Shown here: positions 38,286-52,788 of the stretch, piece by piece
How the letters are laid out: each line of letters starts with the position of its first letter
How positions within the stretch are numbered: the stretch's first letter is position 1
Notes under the pieces: generated by a model
The model's input: only the letters and a program-made list of their open reading frames with translations
Told to the model about the DNA's origin: nothing
The model's database searches: none
Program-made: the position numbers and the translations under genes
Assembly (NCBI RefSeq): GCF_004010195.1
Contig: NC_057723.1
Span: 22,479,933-22,543,932 of the forward strand
From: Chiloscyllium plagiosum
Taxonomy: Eukaryota
Direction of reading: 5' to 3'
DNA: 64,000 bases

Positions 38286-40113
38286 GTTCAGCCAATGCAC
38301 ATTTTTCTTGACCACATACAAACTGCAGCAAGTCTTTTAAATCTACAGAAGATATTTTATGTGACTTTGAATTAATATTCAACTGTAAAGTTGTTGAACC
38401 TATATTAACATACTATTTAATTGTTATATTTGTCACAATTACTTCTGTAATAAACATTGAGGTAGGTGGATGATAGTTTAATGTAAGTTCAACTTAAATT
38501 GCAACATGCTTTTTGAAAAGAAAATTATAAATCTTTATTACTTATTGATTACATGATGTCCATTTAGTCATGTGGCATACAATATATTGATTTGGGGAAT
38601 TCCTGTGGCATTGTTTATAGTAAATTCAGGGATTCCGTAGAAAACAAAAATGTTTAGAAGAACTTGGGTGACAAGTATAATTATTTTAAGGTGGTGTGGC
38701 TTGAAGAAAGGAGAATTTCAGGTGCTTAGATGTCCAAGTGTGGATAGTGGTTTGGTTTAGAATTACTTGGAGCCTGCAATTTGAGAACAATGGTTGGAGC
38801 TGCCTCTCATAGCATTGGTGGATTAGAATCTACTTATACAAAGTGCAGCCAAACAGGAGGAGGGAGATTTAGTAGTGGCTGATCAGGTGAAAGTTGAGTA
38901 ATCAGGACAATGGCTAAGCTATCAGGTAAAGCTATGTTTATCCATAACCTGTAGATGTAAAAGAATGGCATTTTATACAGGAGAAGAGTGTGTCAGTGAC
39001 ACTTTGGGAGAGAGATAGGAAAAGTGGCTGAATGGAGTAGCAAAACTCTAATTTCTTGAAAATGGGAATAAAATAATGAAGGCCGTCTCAAGGTCCCTAA
39101 ACATTCAACATCTAATATTTGTGAAAGCAGTGGTGATGTTACCATAAATGAAAATGTTTGTGCATCAGTATCCTGTGGTGTGACCATTGAAAATAGTGAT
39201 ATTGAATTTTACTGCATGTTTGGAGTGTTGGATTTGGAGTAACGGAGAGGAGGGATTATCAGATTGAATCTGTGAGAATGAAAATGAGGAGTGAACAGAT
39301 TGCTCATGAATCCATGTCTTGTACTTTCATGTTGACATGGAGGCCCAAGAAATGTCAGGAGTCTCTGCTAGATTTAAAAATAAGTAGGAGAAAGTGAGGT
39401 CTGCAGATGCTGGAGATCAGAGCTGAAAATGTGTTGCTGGAAAAGCGCAGCAGGTCAGGCAGCATCCAGGGAACAGGAGAATCGATGTTTCGGGCATAAG
39501 CCCTTCTTCAGATAGTAAGTAGTTGACAGAGCTAAGCTATGCAAGAGGGGATAATATATTTTATGCTGAAAGATAAAATGGGTGAGTTATTGTTTTCTTT
39601 TCATTTACTTTTATCCCTGGAATGCATTGGTCAGAAATTGTTTCATACTTGTATAATTGGGTGGATGATGAACCAACAATTGCTGAAAGGAATTTTGAAA
39701 ACATTTTCTGAAAGCATGTTTGAAGATGGCATTTGTATGATTTTATTAGAGATGATTTCCTAGTAAGCAGTCGTTGCTTGTTTCCCAATAGACAAGTCTG
39801 AATATTTATTTTCCCTCTGGACAAAGGACTCCAGACATTAAATGTATTTGGTTTGTTAGTTGATCTTATTCCTTGAAAAATTTTTTACAAGTTATTGTCC
39901 ACAAGTTCAATCTGTCAGAACTAATTTCACAAATGGTTTTTTTCAGCAATCTGTCTCAGGCCTGGATTGAAATCCTATCCTGAAAGTTGCTGTGATATGT
40001 TCTGCTGTTATGGTTCTTTCAAACTAATTTTTTTGAACCAATGTTACAGTACATCAACCTTCACGAGAGATTCAAGTTTTTTTTTGTAGTAATTCTCTTT
40101 CTTTGTTTTGTAG

Positions 40114-40186
40114 GCTTTTCCAAGGTATTGACTTTGAAGCACAAGATGATATCTTGAGGGATGAAGATGATGATGGAATTGTTTAA
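40114..40186 (+). CDS. RNF14: RNF14 last coding exon (acidic tail and stop)
   Basis: ttttgtag acceptor. Encodes (E)LFQGIDFEAQDDILRDEDDDGIV*. The seven exons sum to 1428 nt, which is 475 aa plus stop in one open frame. Confidence 0.92.
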
Positions 40187-43100
40187 CCTCGTTTATAAAG
40201 CTATTTGGACTATTATTACGTAAAGCTTATGCATTAACCATTTAAACAGACAAACAACTGTTACTTCGGTGCAATCAATCACATTTAAACCAATCTCTAG
40301 CAATGGTTATTGAATTTGGCACTTACTGTTGTTGATTATGAAACTTGGAGCTCAGGATGTGTAATATTCTAGGAACTTCTGTTTTCAGCCTTCAAACATT
40401 TATAGATGCACAATATATTTGAAGAAATTTAGCTGATAAATTTGAGGGGAAGATAATGTTTCATTTAATCTGGACAACATTCAGTGGAAGGTATTTTGTG
40501 TATTCAAGTAACATTTGAGAAACGTTTTCAAAAATGATAGCAGTGCCATTTCTCCATGGTTCTCTGTCTTTGTTTCACGAGTTTAAAGTTTCTCCTTCAC
40601 CTTCCAAAAATTTTGAACTTTTGATTAATAGTCACAGTGACAATTGCTTGTAATCCTGTTGCTGTGCCCTCCTGAATTGGTGTCAAGAATTTGATATTCA
40701 AACTTTTTATCTTGATAGGCCACTTAATCATGGAGCTTTGCAAACCAACATATGCACTATTTCTGAATGGAGCTTCCTCCTTGATGCAACAATTCGAACT
40801 CTGGCACTTTTATAGACATGTTTTCAGTTTTGACACTGGAACTGCAGGGATTTTGCATGAAATCAGTAAATGATGCAAATACTGAGCATATAAGCCAGTT
40901 CTTTGGTTTTCTTTGTTTTCTGATAACACAGAAGCAATACTGTGCTAATTCAAGAAATTCAATCCAAGATGAAACTCTAGCAATAGATACTGAGCAGGCT
41001 GGAGTTTTTGCCTGTGAAGGGAGAAAAGATGTCTGTCAGGTTCTATCAGCCTAAAAAATATTCATTATAAATCTGTTGATCTTGCTGGCTCAAGGAACAT
41101 AATGACGGGTCTAGGAACAGGTCTGCTGGTTCTCTCCTGAACAAGTGGGTCGTAGGGGGAGAAAGAGTACTTTATTTTTAAAGTAAAAATTTTATTGCAA
41201 AAATAGAGTACATGTTTTGAATTATGAACCAGCTAATTATGAAAACTTTTTTTGACTGCATTTTGGTGCACAGGATGACTGCTGGGGCTGCATTTTTGTT
41301 ATAATTCCTTGGTATTTTTGCATAAAGCTACTCTGTAAACTGTTCTTCCAAAAAGGGCATTTCTTCTTTTAATTAATCTGTAGAAAAATCATAGTGCACT
41401 CACTAAGGAAGCAAACTATCATGAAATGGAATTCAAGAGAATTTAATAAAAAGATGTTTAAATGATTTCTAGTAACCTATGTTCTGAATAACATTACAAT
41501 GTTTGCAGTTATCTATATAGTTAACCACAAACTGAACATAATTTTTGAAATGGTTTTCTTCCACTTCATATTCATTAAGTGGTTTTAAATCTATTAACTT
41601 TATTATTCTTAATATGATGTCATGTGTGCTACAGACTGTCTCATAAGTGATGTGACATGCAAAAGATGGTGGCAAAGAATGGAAATTATACTGTAGAAGC
41701 TGAGAATTTCAGAAACTGACATTCAGCAATGAAGTGTAAAATCTCATTTGAGTTTTTCTATTATGAAGTAAATACCTACAGAGCTTAAAGTTGCTTTTTT
41801 AAGTTAATTAATTATTTTTGTTGCTTTTTGTTTGGAATTTCTTTAATAGAAGTTGCCAATGAAAAGTATATCTCCCACCATTTGGTAAATTGCCATGCTT
41901 CTGGAAGATAAAATATACAACATTCAAATTATTGTGAGCTATGGTTAATGGTACAGCCTCTTTGAGACTCACTTTCCTTGTGGCAACTTTATTTTCATTT
42001 AATGGCCCCTCTGGATTCCTGAAGATAGTAAAATCTGCCAATAGAATCTGTTTTCTTTACTGTATCTGATTGCTGTAGGAGTTCATAATAATACATCTGA
42101 ACTCTCGAGCCTGAATGTGGTGGTGATTTGAATGATTGAGGCAGCTGGTTTATGCTTGGATGTTAAAACGCCGTTTTAACCACTCTTAGTATTTCTTGGC
42201 TAATTTCTAAAGATAAGTAAGTGGAAACCCTTCGAAATCTCCAATTCTTAAAGTTAGAAACTTTATCAGAGAGTTGTAGGCACCGCGTGATCATAACTTT
42301 GAACTTCCCAGGTAATTGCTGTGACTTCCAAGGTGTCCTCATATGCATTTTTCAGGATCTGCCTGCTCTCTCACTACATAGAGACTGAATTTGTCTCCTT
42401 ATGCATTAAACTGTTTTGATTTAATGATAAGTAATAGAATAGAATGCATTTGACTCTTTGAGCACTTTCAACTTTTTTCTTCCACAGTTCCCATCCCTCA
42501 ATTCAGTTACCCCAGTAATTAGATATTTGCACAGGTACTTGTCATGCTAAAATTATAAAAATTTTAGTGTTAATCAATGGAGGTATAACTTTCTAAAACA
42601 TAAACCTCTACAATTGTAGAGTTGTATTAATTCATTGGAAGGAGGAAGAACAATATATGCCATATGTATTGTCATTGGAGGAAGTTACAAAATTGAAATG
42701 TGGAAGCATACCCAATTTAGGATGTCATTTAATCCAAAAGATTGCTATGCTGTTAAATATGTATTATGACTCCCTGTGTTTTAAAACTTCTAACCTAACC
42801 ATTAACTACGAACTTGTCTATTGTACTCTGAATATACTCAGACCTTCCATTTTAAAACAGCTGGTTTTGCATTTTGTTGCTGAAATTGTCATGGCTCATT
42901 CTTTTAAACAGCACAAGGCTGAGGTCACATTTGGATCAGCTCATCAGAAACTTTGCTTTCTTACAGTTTAATTGATTTCACGTTCATTCAGATGGGCATG
43001 CTTTCAGGATTAGCTTTTTCAAATACAACCTTCAAGGAAAGATTGTTTTAAAAATGTTGTTTAATGTCGAGAAGCTACTGTGAAGTGTATTCAGGCGCAA

Positions 43101-43200
43101 CTAAAAATCTATATATCAGATGTTTAAAGTTTCACTTATCTGAAAGGATTGAAAGTTGACAGCTGTCAAATAAATGATTGATTCATACAATGGCCTTGTT
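40187..43200 (+). other. RNF14: Probable RNF14 3' UTR with two candidate poly(A) signals
   Basis: AT-rich stretch with no recognisable repeats after the stop codon. AATAAA at 41445-41450 and at 43169-43174, the second followed by a T/GT-rich tract. Confidence 0.55.
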
Positions 43201-43659
43201 CTTTGTTAAATATCACGGATTCCTTTGTATTTTATTGTGAAATGATGTGGATTGAGACTCTACACTAAATGCCAAAATGAAACATTTGTATTTCCAATCC
43301 AGATTCATGACATAATTTTAAGGATTGCATTTAAATGCATTTCCTGTCAACTTTGTGCATTATAAATAATTATATCCATGTTTGTATTAATTGGACATGC
43401 TATCCACACCATTCTTTTTTTCTTTTTATCTATTGCTTCATATAAGGCAGGAATCTGAATATTATTACATTCTGGGAACAGAATCTTCTAATAGTTGCTA
43501 TATCCAGTCCTGCCTAGGAATGAGAGAGAGTATTTGCAAGGCTTTCAGTAGGTCATTCGGAATAATTCAAGGGTTCTTAAATCGTCAGTTTTGGGCAGTC
43601 AGAGAAGTTGCTGCCTTAGTCAGTAATGTACTTAGGAGAAGAACCTGAAAAGGTACTGC

Positions 43660-44890
43660 TTTTCCATGGGTGGGGGAGTCCAGAAATAGAGGGCACAGGT
43701 TTAGGGTGAGAGGGGAAAAATTTAAAAGGGACCTAAGGGGCAACGTTTTCACGAAGAGGGTGGTGCATGACCAGTCATGAATCAGGAGAATTCATCGAGT
43801 CATAGCTGTCCTGCATGGAAACAGACCTGTCAATCCTTGCCGACCAGGTATCTCAACCGATTTTAGTCTTATTTGCCAGCACTTGGTGCATATCCCTCTA
43901 AACCTTTCCTATTCATGCACCTGTTCAGATGCCTTTTAAATGCTGTAATTGTACCAGCTTCCACCACTTCTTCTGGCAGCTCATTCCATACACGCATCAC
44001 CCTCTGCGTGAAAAAGTTGCCCCTTAGGTCCCTTTTAAATTTTTCCCTTCTCACCTTAAACCTGTGCCCTCTAGTTCTGGACTCCCCAATATCATAGAAA
44101 ATACCTTGTCTCTTTACCCTCTAGAGTCATAGAGATGCACAGCATGGAAACAGACCCTTCGGTCCAACCCCGTCCATGCCAACCAGATATCCCAACCCAA
44201 TTTAGTCCCACCTGCCAGCACCCGGCCCATATCCATCCAAAACCTTCCTATTCATATACCCACCCAAATGCCTTTTAAATGTTGCAATTGTACCAGCCTC
44301 CACCACTTCCTCTGGCAGGCCATTCCATACATGTACCACACTCTGCGTGAAAATGTTGCCCCTTAGGTCTCTTTTATATCTTTCACCCCTCACCCTAAAT
44401 CTATGCCCTCTAGTGCTGGATTCCCTGACCCCAGGGAAAATACTTTGTCTATGTATCCTATCCATGCCCCATATGATTTTATAAACCTCTATCAGGTCAC
44501 CCTTCAACCTCCAACGCTCCAGGGAAAACAGCCCCAGCCTGTACAGCCTCTCCCTATAGTTCAAATCCTCCAACCCTGGCAACATCCTTGTAAATCTTTT
44601 CTGAACCCTTTCAAGTTTCACAACATCTTTCCAATAGGAAGGAGACCAGAATTGCAATATTCCAACAGTGGCCTAACCTATGTTCTGTACAGCCGCAACA
44701 TGACCTACCAACTCATGTACTCAATACTTTGACCAATAAAGGAAAGCATACCAAATGTGTGAAAAAGTTGCCCCTTCGGTCCCTTTTAAATTTTTCCCCT
44801 CACTCTAAATCTATGACCTCTAGTTCTGGACTCCCCCCATGGAAAATACCTTGTCTATTTACTCTTTCCATGCCACTTATGATTTTATAA
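43660..44890 (-). mobile_element. Cluster of nested and inverted CR1 3' fragments
   Basis: ORF 44202-44657 (QFWSPSYWKDVVKLERVQKRFTRMLPGL...) and ORF 43869-44054. A + strand piece lies at 43660-43770. Confidence 0.88.
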
Positions 44891-46631
44891 GTCTAGTAAT
44901 TTTGTACAGTACAAAATACAAAAACTTGTATCTTTTACATAAAGTTTATATTTTTGTTCAAAACTGTGGAGCTAGTGATATTAGTCTCTTCATAAGTACC
45001 TGGGATCTCCTACCTTTTCAACTTTAAAATAAAGAAAAACTGCCCAGTCAATCTTTAACTCCAATTTAAAGTCTGGTTCAGGATCACAACTTAAGTTGGG
45101 ATCTCTTGCAAGACTTTAAATCCAGGACAAATGCGATTTTCATAGAGAATTTTTGCAATGCATATTAAAAATGAAAATGATCTTTTCAGATGCTATGACT
45201 TTCAAGAGGAGAAATATTTATCATGGAATGATTTGAAAAAATAAATCATGGTTAGATTAGATTAATGGACCAAAATTCTGCATTAGCAGAAAATTTGAGT
45301 TGGAATTAAAAGCAGGTGCTAGGAAAATGAAGATTATTGAGATAACAGAGCAGCACCAGGGATTGGAAGATGGAGAATCTAACTGTGGTGGAATACAGTT
45401 TGAGTTGGCTAGAATTCAGTTGCTGCTGATGTAGTTTGCAAAGAAATAAAAGAATTTGTATTTGAAAGAGAAATGTAAATGCTTGAACTTGAACTCTAGA
45501 ATGGGAAGTTGGGACGAGAATAAAGGTGCAGGAAGGAGAAATGTAAAGGAAAAATAGAAAGTATAAACTAACTAAAAAGGCGCTACAGTTAACTTGTTTA
45601 AGGGAAGTTATTACAGTTAATAAAAATAAGTGTAGTTCAAAACCCATTGTGTTTTCATTGCTGTAAGAGAGAGGCAATCTTTGGAAGCCTATCATTGGAA
45701 CAGTAAATGGGTGAGAATAATCAGAACGCTTACTGTCTCCTCAGAAAAGACAGTACATATAAGAAAATGATTATGGTGAATTTAAAATTCTTCAGCATCT
45801 CTGCAAGGTCCAAGATAGCTTGTTAAGATGAAAAAGATTTTGTAGGAGGGGTATCCTGGACTTTCCCTAAGTATACTTTTAGTAGAGTCCAAAGACATGA
45901 GGCTAGATTGGATAAAATGGGGGGAAAAAATTGTCCAGTACAAAGGGAAGTTCTACCGAAATACAAGATTTTCAGGAACTAGACTCTGTAGGAGTAAATT
46001 ACTGCAGATACTGGAATCTGTACTGAAAATATAAGATGCTAGAGATCACAGTGGGGTCAGGCAGCATCCATGGAGAGAGCAAGCTAACATTTTGAGTCTA
46101 GATGACTATTCTTCAGAGCTCTGAACAGTCATCTGGACTCGAGACACTAGCTTGCTCTTTCCATGATGCTGCCTGACCCACTGTAATCTCCAGCATTTTT
46201 TTGTTTTCGGTAACTAAACTCTCCTGGAAAAACAAAAAAAGACTGATCAGTGGGGAGAATCAACTTTTATGCATGAAAAGTAACTTTGTGCACTTACATC
46301 CAGGCACAATGCCAGCTTTACCCAGATTCTTGGCTTCACCAATCCTGTACTGTCCCTCGGTTGTTCTGAGCTCTAATCTTGCTCAGCTGCACCAAGCAAG
46401 TAATTCAATGTCCACTCTCAATGTTTTGAAATTATCAATTGCAAATAGCCTTCATCCACACTGTCACTGCTCCCAGAGGTTTTGATGACGTAATGTCACA
46501 CTGGTGACAACATTTGGGCATCATTCATAGAAGTAAAACATTTGAATGAGGACTTGAAACATCTAAATGATAAGTTAGTGGAAGTAACTTCAACCAGGAC
46601 AGATATTCAATTAAAACCTAATGAACTTCAA

Positions 46632-46965
46632 GGGTGACATGATGGTTCAGTGGTTAGCACTACAGCCTCTCGATGCTAGGGACTGGGGTTTGATTTCACC
46701 CTTGAGCAACTGTCTGGAGTTTGCACATTCTCCCAGTGTCTGCATGGGTTTCCTCTTGGTGCTCTGGTTTCCTCCCACAGTTCAAAAATGTGTAGGTTAG
46801 GTGGATTGGCCATGCTAAATTGTCCATAGTAACCAGGGATGTGCAGACTAGGTGGATTAGCCATTGGAAATGCAGTGTTATTGGGTTAGGGTACGTCTGG
46901 GTGGGATGCTCTTTGGAAGTTCAGTGTGCACTCAATGGGTCAAATGATCTGTTTCCATACTGTTG
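46632..46965 (+). mobile_element. Older HE1-type SINE with internal duplication
   Basis: Has the cagtggttagcact head and two copies of the taggtggatt(g/a)gccat core. Confidence 0.75.
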
Positions 46966-47349
46966 GAATTCCAAGTATCAGACTCTCTATCAACTATTGT
47001 GAAACATGTTTTCAACAGGAGAGTGAGTTGATCTGTAAAAACAGTGACTCAATTCATAATTAAAATCCAATACTGATGTTCTGTTAGAACTTTGTGATGA
47101 AGGTTTATAATATTATTTGTAAACTTAGCTTCACAAGGAGAGGTAAATGGATCCATGATTTTTAGTTCTGTGCAAGGAGATTTGTTTTATAATGTCTTAA
47201 ATGCATTTTTAAAATAGCATTAGGTCAAAACAGTATTTCCAAGATATCATGTGGCTTAAGGTAAATGGCAAGATGAGCTACTTGGCAAGAGAATTGTTGG
47301 CTTGGTACAGCTAGCTATCCATGAGAAGATGGAATTGTGCCTCTGAGGA

Positions 47350-48080
47350 ATTGCTGGATTGCAATGCAGGGACACGTGGGAATCCTTGTGCATGAATCAT
47401 AAGATGTTGGTTTGCAGCTGCAACAGGTAATTAAGAAGGCAACTGGAATATTGTCCTTCATTGCTAGAGGGATGGACTTTAAAAATAGGGAGATTATGCT
47501 GGAGTTGTATAGGGTGCTGGTGACTCCACACCTGTACTACTATGTACAGTTTTGGTCTCCTTGAGAAAGGATATACTGGCACTAGAGGGGTGCAGAGGAG
47601 GTTCACTAGGTTGATTCAAAGTTAAAAATCACAACACCAGGTTATAGTCTGGAATTGAGGGTTGGCTTAGGAGGAGAGATTGAGTAGGCTGGAACCATAC
47701 TCATTGGAACGTGGAAGAATGTGGGGGGTTCTTATAGAAACGTAAAATTATGAAGGGAATAAATAAGATAGAAGCAGGGAGGTTGCTTCCATGAGCGGGT
47801 GAAACAAGAACTAGAGGGCATAGCCTCAAAATAAAGGGGAGCAGATTTAGGACTGAGTCGAGAAACTACTTCACCCAAAAGGTGAAAAGAATTCACTGCC
47901 TATCTCGTTGAATGTTTTCAAGGCAAAGATAGATTTTTGTACAATAGAGGAAGTAAGGCTTATGGTGAGCAGGTGGGTAAGTGGAGCTGACTCCACAAAA
48001 AGATCAGCCATGATTTTATTGAATGGAAGAACAGGCTCGATTGGCCAGATGGCCTACTCCTGCTCCTATTTCTTATGTTC
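47350..48080 (+). mobile_element. CR1 3' fragment
   Basis: cagttttggtctcc...ggtgcagaggaggttcactagg, with the tail ggcctactcctgctcctatttcttatgttc. Confidence 0.8.
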
Positions 48081-48104
48081 GAAAGGAGCAAAGATCCAAG
48101 ATTA

Positions 48105-48330
48105 AGGGTGGCACAGTGGTTAGTATTACTGTCTCACATTGCCAGAGACCTGGCTTTGATTCCAGCCTTGGACGACTGTGTGGAGTTTGCATGTTCTCCT
48201 CATGTCTGCCTGGGTTTTGGCTGGATGCCCCAATTTCCTCGTGCTGCCCTAAGGTGTGTAGGTTAGGTGGACTGGCCATGCTAGGTTGCCCTGTACTGTC
48301 CAGGGATGCGTAGGTTAGATGGATTAGCAC
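48105..48330 (+). mobile_element. Older HE1-type SINE
   Basis: gggtggcacagtggttagt...tgtggagtttgcatgttctcc. Confidence 0.75.
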
Positions 48331-48685
48331 ACTACCTTCAAGGTATTTGCAATGAGGAAGAGATTGTTGTCCACTTCCTTCAGGAAGAGATCGTTGTCCA
48401 TGCCTATTTAAAGATTTGGAAAGAAATGCAGTGGATTTTCTTGAGGGTCATCCTGAGAAGCTCCATACTGTAAAATGGTGTGTTCTAGGAGAGCAAAAAA
48501 AAACTATTAGATTACTTGGTGAAAGATGCCCCTTGTTCTGCCTGAAATCTGCTGCTGTTCCAGTAGAAGTTGTCTATAACCAACAATGCAGACCAGCAAA
48601 ATCCAAGTGAACACGCTGAGAGGTTACTAAAGCTTGTGGAAACACTAAAAAGACTCAAAGGTGGAAGGATATGAGAAGAGTATAC

Positions 48686-49307
48686 TGTTATGGACCATCC
48701 CCCTTAAAATATTTTTAAAGTAGCCCAGATCCTAATTTTGTTTTAGGCAGATGTGAAGAGGATATTCCAGGAGTGATGCAGCTGGTCAAACCATTCAGCT
48801 TTAAACAAAACAATTTATTTAAATACTATGGATGAAGCACGAACAAAAGAAAACAGAATTTAGAATAACTTATTTGATAACCTAACTGACTCTATTGCAA
48901 CTTAACGAAGGAACTATTCCAATCCCTGCAACATCTCATGAACACACCCCTTAGCAAATGGTAAAATCAAGCACCGATCTTTTTACAGGGAGGAGAGGTT
49001 GCAGAGAGAAAGTTTAGGCAAGACCTCTGTTGAAACATAGAACCTCTTTTTACTGTGGCTGCTTCTCTAAGTCCCTAGCAGTTTTTGACTGCTTGCTAAA
49101 AACAGACCAAAGTAGGAAAAAAGTCCTGAACTGGGAGAACTGGCCACTTGCCCTTCGTTGGACAATTGCTTTAAAAAAAAACCTAAAAAACTCTTCAGAT
49201 TGTTGACTCGGCAGTGTCTGTTAGCCATTTCACTGCCACTGCCTTTACAACCATTCTTGAAAAAACCAAGGGCAACATAACCTTGTTAAAGGGGTAGAAT
49301 CGTCACA
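48686..49307 (-). mobile_element. Solo LTR (622 bp)
   Basis: TGTTATG...CGTCACA termini, exact 4-bp TSD atac (48682-48685 and 49308-49311), and a minus-strand AATAAA near 48815. Confidence 0.75.
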
Positions 49308-50056
49308 ATACCAAGGGGCTGGAGATTGGGTAAAATCGTGCAGCCAATATTTTTGTCTCAATGTATATTGTAAATATCTTTTGTAATTAAATTGAGGCAC
49401 TGGTGTCACATGCTGCATAGAAAGAATGTGAACTGATTTGCAATTTTATTAATCAAATTTGAACTGTTATGGAATATAAATTTTGAAATATTTATAAAGT
49501 ACATTTTCAGAACAAACATATTTCTACTTGTTCCTATAAACAACAGCAAGAACAGTTGCTGATTATGTCTATCACCACTGCTGCAATTTGATTACCTGCT
49601 CACCCTCATCACCTCACCGAGTCAACCTCCAATCCTGTTCAGTCAGACTTTAAATAACTTGATGGATTTCTTTTGAGAATGCTCAAATAGTTCAGAATAT
49701 ACATTCTTCAAAATGCCAGATCCTCTTAATCACTTTGTTCCCCATGTGTGATCAATTTCTCTGCTTTAAGCTTAGTATTTGATTGGACAAAATCAAGAGA
49801 TAAAGAAAGAAACACAATGTGAACTTGTTTAGGCCAGCATTGTTAGGCACTCGCCACATTTGGCTAATAGGGAATCCAGATGAGGCTAACTGCATTTTTG
49901 ATTAATAGATAAGAGATGCCAATAAGAAAGCTTCTGTGTAATTTATAAGTAAATATTAATATTATCAGTACAATATTTGCTGTCTTTGAACTAAAGAAGC
50001 AGTCAATGCCAAATACGCTTTCAATTTGTAATGGCTGCTAACCTTTGTCAGACTTG

Positions 50057-50654
50057 ATTTGGAGATTTCAGTGTTGGACTGGGGTGTACAAAGTTAAAAA
50101 TCACGCAACATCAGATTATAGTCCAACAGGTTTAATTGGAAGCACGCTAGCTTTCAGAGCACCACTCCTTCAGATGGTTGTGGAGGACACCATTGTAAGG
50201 CACAGAATTTATAGCAAAAGTTTACAGTGTGATGTAACTGAAATTATACATTGAAAAATACCTTGATTGTCTGTTGAGTCTTTCATCTGTTCAAATGCCA
50301 TGTTAGTTTCACTTCTTTCATGTGTAAATCACAACAAAACTTATTTTTTTTTTAAAGTTTTATTCTCAGGTTAACTATAACAATTGGTGTTAGCCCCCTC
50401 TGTCTGTGTCATGATGTTTAGATTGATTCTAATCTAAAAAGTGAGATGACAGAGTTTTACGTGAATTCATGCAGTTTTTGAGCAAAGTACAATGTAAGTC
50501 TGCAAGTACAAATTCACCCCACAAACGTATATGTTTATGTGTGCATGTGGGTCTTTGTGTGTGTGTGTGTCTGGGTTGGGGGGATTGAGTGTGAGAGAGA
50601 GTGTATATGTGTGTGTATGTGGGTGTAGAGTGTCTTTCCACACCCACATCCACA
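50057..50654 (-). mobile_element. Second Penelope-type terminal fragment with (TG)n-rich tract, 14-bp TSD
   Basis: TSD ctttgtcagacttg at 50043-50056 and 50655-50668. Related pieces lie at ~727-830 and ~47616-47650. The family assignment is from memory. Confidence 0.7.
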
Positions 50655-52788
50655 CTTTGTCAGACTTGGTATGGTTGCCATCAACTGGTGGAAAAGAACA
50701 TATAATTAATTATCAGCGGCCAAACAGATCATGAGAAAAGGGCCAGAAACTAAATTTTCCTGAAGAGTTTTCTGTAGATTTTTAAAGTCTTTGCTAAAAG
50801 CATATCTGTTATTACAGAAAACATTTTCACGCTAAGACCAGATATGAACCACAATGTCATATAGGTGAAGAGGAAAATAAATCTAAAAATTCAAACAAAT
50901 TAATTATTTCCAATTGTCTTTGTAGAAAAAGAAAATCAAAAATCAACCTGGCAAAAAAGATTAATTGTTTAATCTGCTGCTAAGCACTTACCACATTAAC
51001 CTTTGCTTCCTCATCTTGACTTTCTGTTAATTATAGAAACAGTGCCAAGCCAAAGGTCAGAAGTCCAAATATTTAAAACACACCTTTTTATAGTTAATCT
51101 GTGCTGCAAGCCTACATTCTTATGAAGTCACTTTTTGTGTATCTATCTTTAATGAAACAGCTAAAACACTGAACTTACTTAGTGGGGGATTGCAGACTTG
51201 AAATACCTGCAGAGATATTGTTTTAAACTCTTTACACCATGTCATTTATGTACCTGAATAATATGAGAATAGTCTGGCTTTACCTCCTTATGCAGCATTT
51301 CTAGGAACCTTTGGAACTTGTTTACTTTTTAATCTTCTGAAAAGTTGAAAGCTATCTTTTGAACCCTCTTATTTTTAAATTCTTTCACAAGATGTGGTCA
51401 TTACTTGCTAGGCGCAGTATTCATTTCTAATTGATTATGAGAAGACGGTGGTGAGGTGTGTTTTTGTTTGGCTGCATCCTTTGGGATGTAGGTACAATTT
51501 ATATTTTATAGCTCAATTATACTAAATACTTTCCTGGAAAAAACTGTATTTTCTCTTTTAGGTGCAGCTCCTTGTATACATTAAAGAAACTATATTGATT
51601 TATTTTATTGTCATGTGTGTCTTCCAACAAGTGTGTACAGGGGTATAATGTTGCCATTCTCTGGCACCATCTTAAAACACAGAAATATAAACCAAACATT
51701 GAATATAATATTTATGCTATAGAGAATTCATGCCTAGGATGTTTCTAATGTGGTTTACCTTAATTAGTTTATTATCTAAAGAGGGGGCATTATAATTAAT
51801 TCATTAGTTGAAAGAGGGATGATAATATGAACTGCAAATTTCTTTTAAATGTTAATGTTACAGACAATACAAAGTCATTGTTTCTTTCGTGACTTCATAA
51901 AATATTTAACTAAAGTTAAATTTTATGATTATATGTGGATATTTGTATCAAGGTTAGCTACAATGCAGAGCTAAATGTTATTCCGCATATTAAGCATTTA
52001 GTTTTTGGAGGTGTCCAGTTTTCTTGAGGCTATCTGATGACTAGCATTTTTATTATTACTGAGCTAATGATTCTCCCGTGGTTTCTTAACATGAGTCAAA
52101 TTGTATCGTTTTGGAACAATAGTAGTAATATGCAGAAGAGGAGTCTTAACCCCCATTTTTGTCAAAAGGTCTTTCCTAATATCACTTCTGAAAGGCTTGG
52201 GTCTAAAAAAATGCATCAAAACTAGAGTTCCTCAACCCAAGAAATAGTTTATTTAAATCTAGTTTATCTGTTTCTCTTAATATCTTGAAACTTTGATCAA
52301 ATTACCACCGAAACTACTAAATTCCAGAGAGCAATCTTAGTTTTTTTCAATTTTATCTTGTAATTTCAACCTTGGACTCCAGGGAAATCATGTGGAATCG
52401 CTTTCAAAGCCACTATAACATTTTAAAGATGTGTTGCTGCTCATAATACTCCAGTTATGGTCTAACCAGGGCATGGTATTACTCAAGTATAATTCTAGTC
52501 CCTTGTATTCTGGTCCTCGAGAAATAATGCACAGCCGCTTTGATTAATTTCTGTACTTGTTCACAACATTTTCATCTATGTACATGAATCCCTTAATCAC
52601 TTTTGACCAGCACTATTTCTAGCTCTTTATCATTTAGAAATTACTTTGCTCTATCCTTTTTGGATTCACATGAATGATCTCATAATTACTTGCACTAAAA
52701 TCCATTTGCCACAATTTTGTCTATGCACTTAGTCCGTTGATATCTTTTTGCAATTTTAGACTTCAATATACACTTTAAAGTGCAGCTT

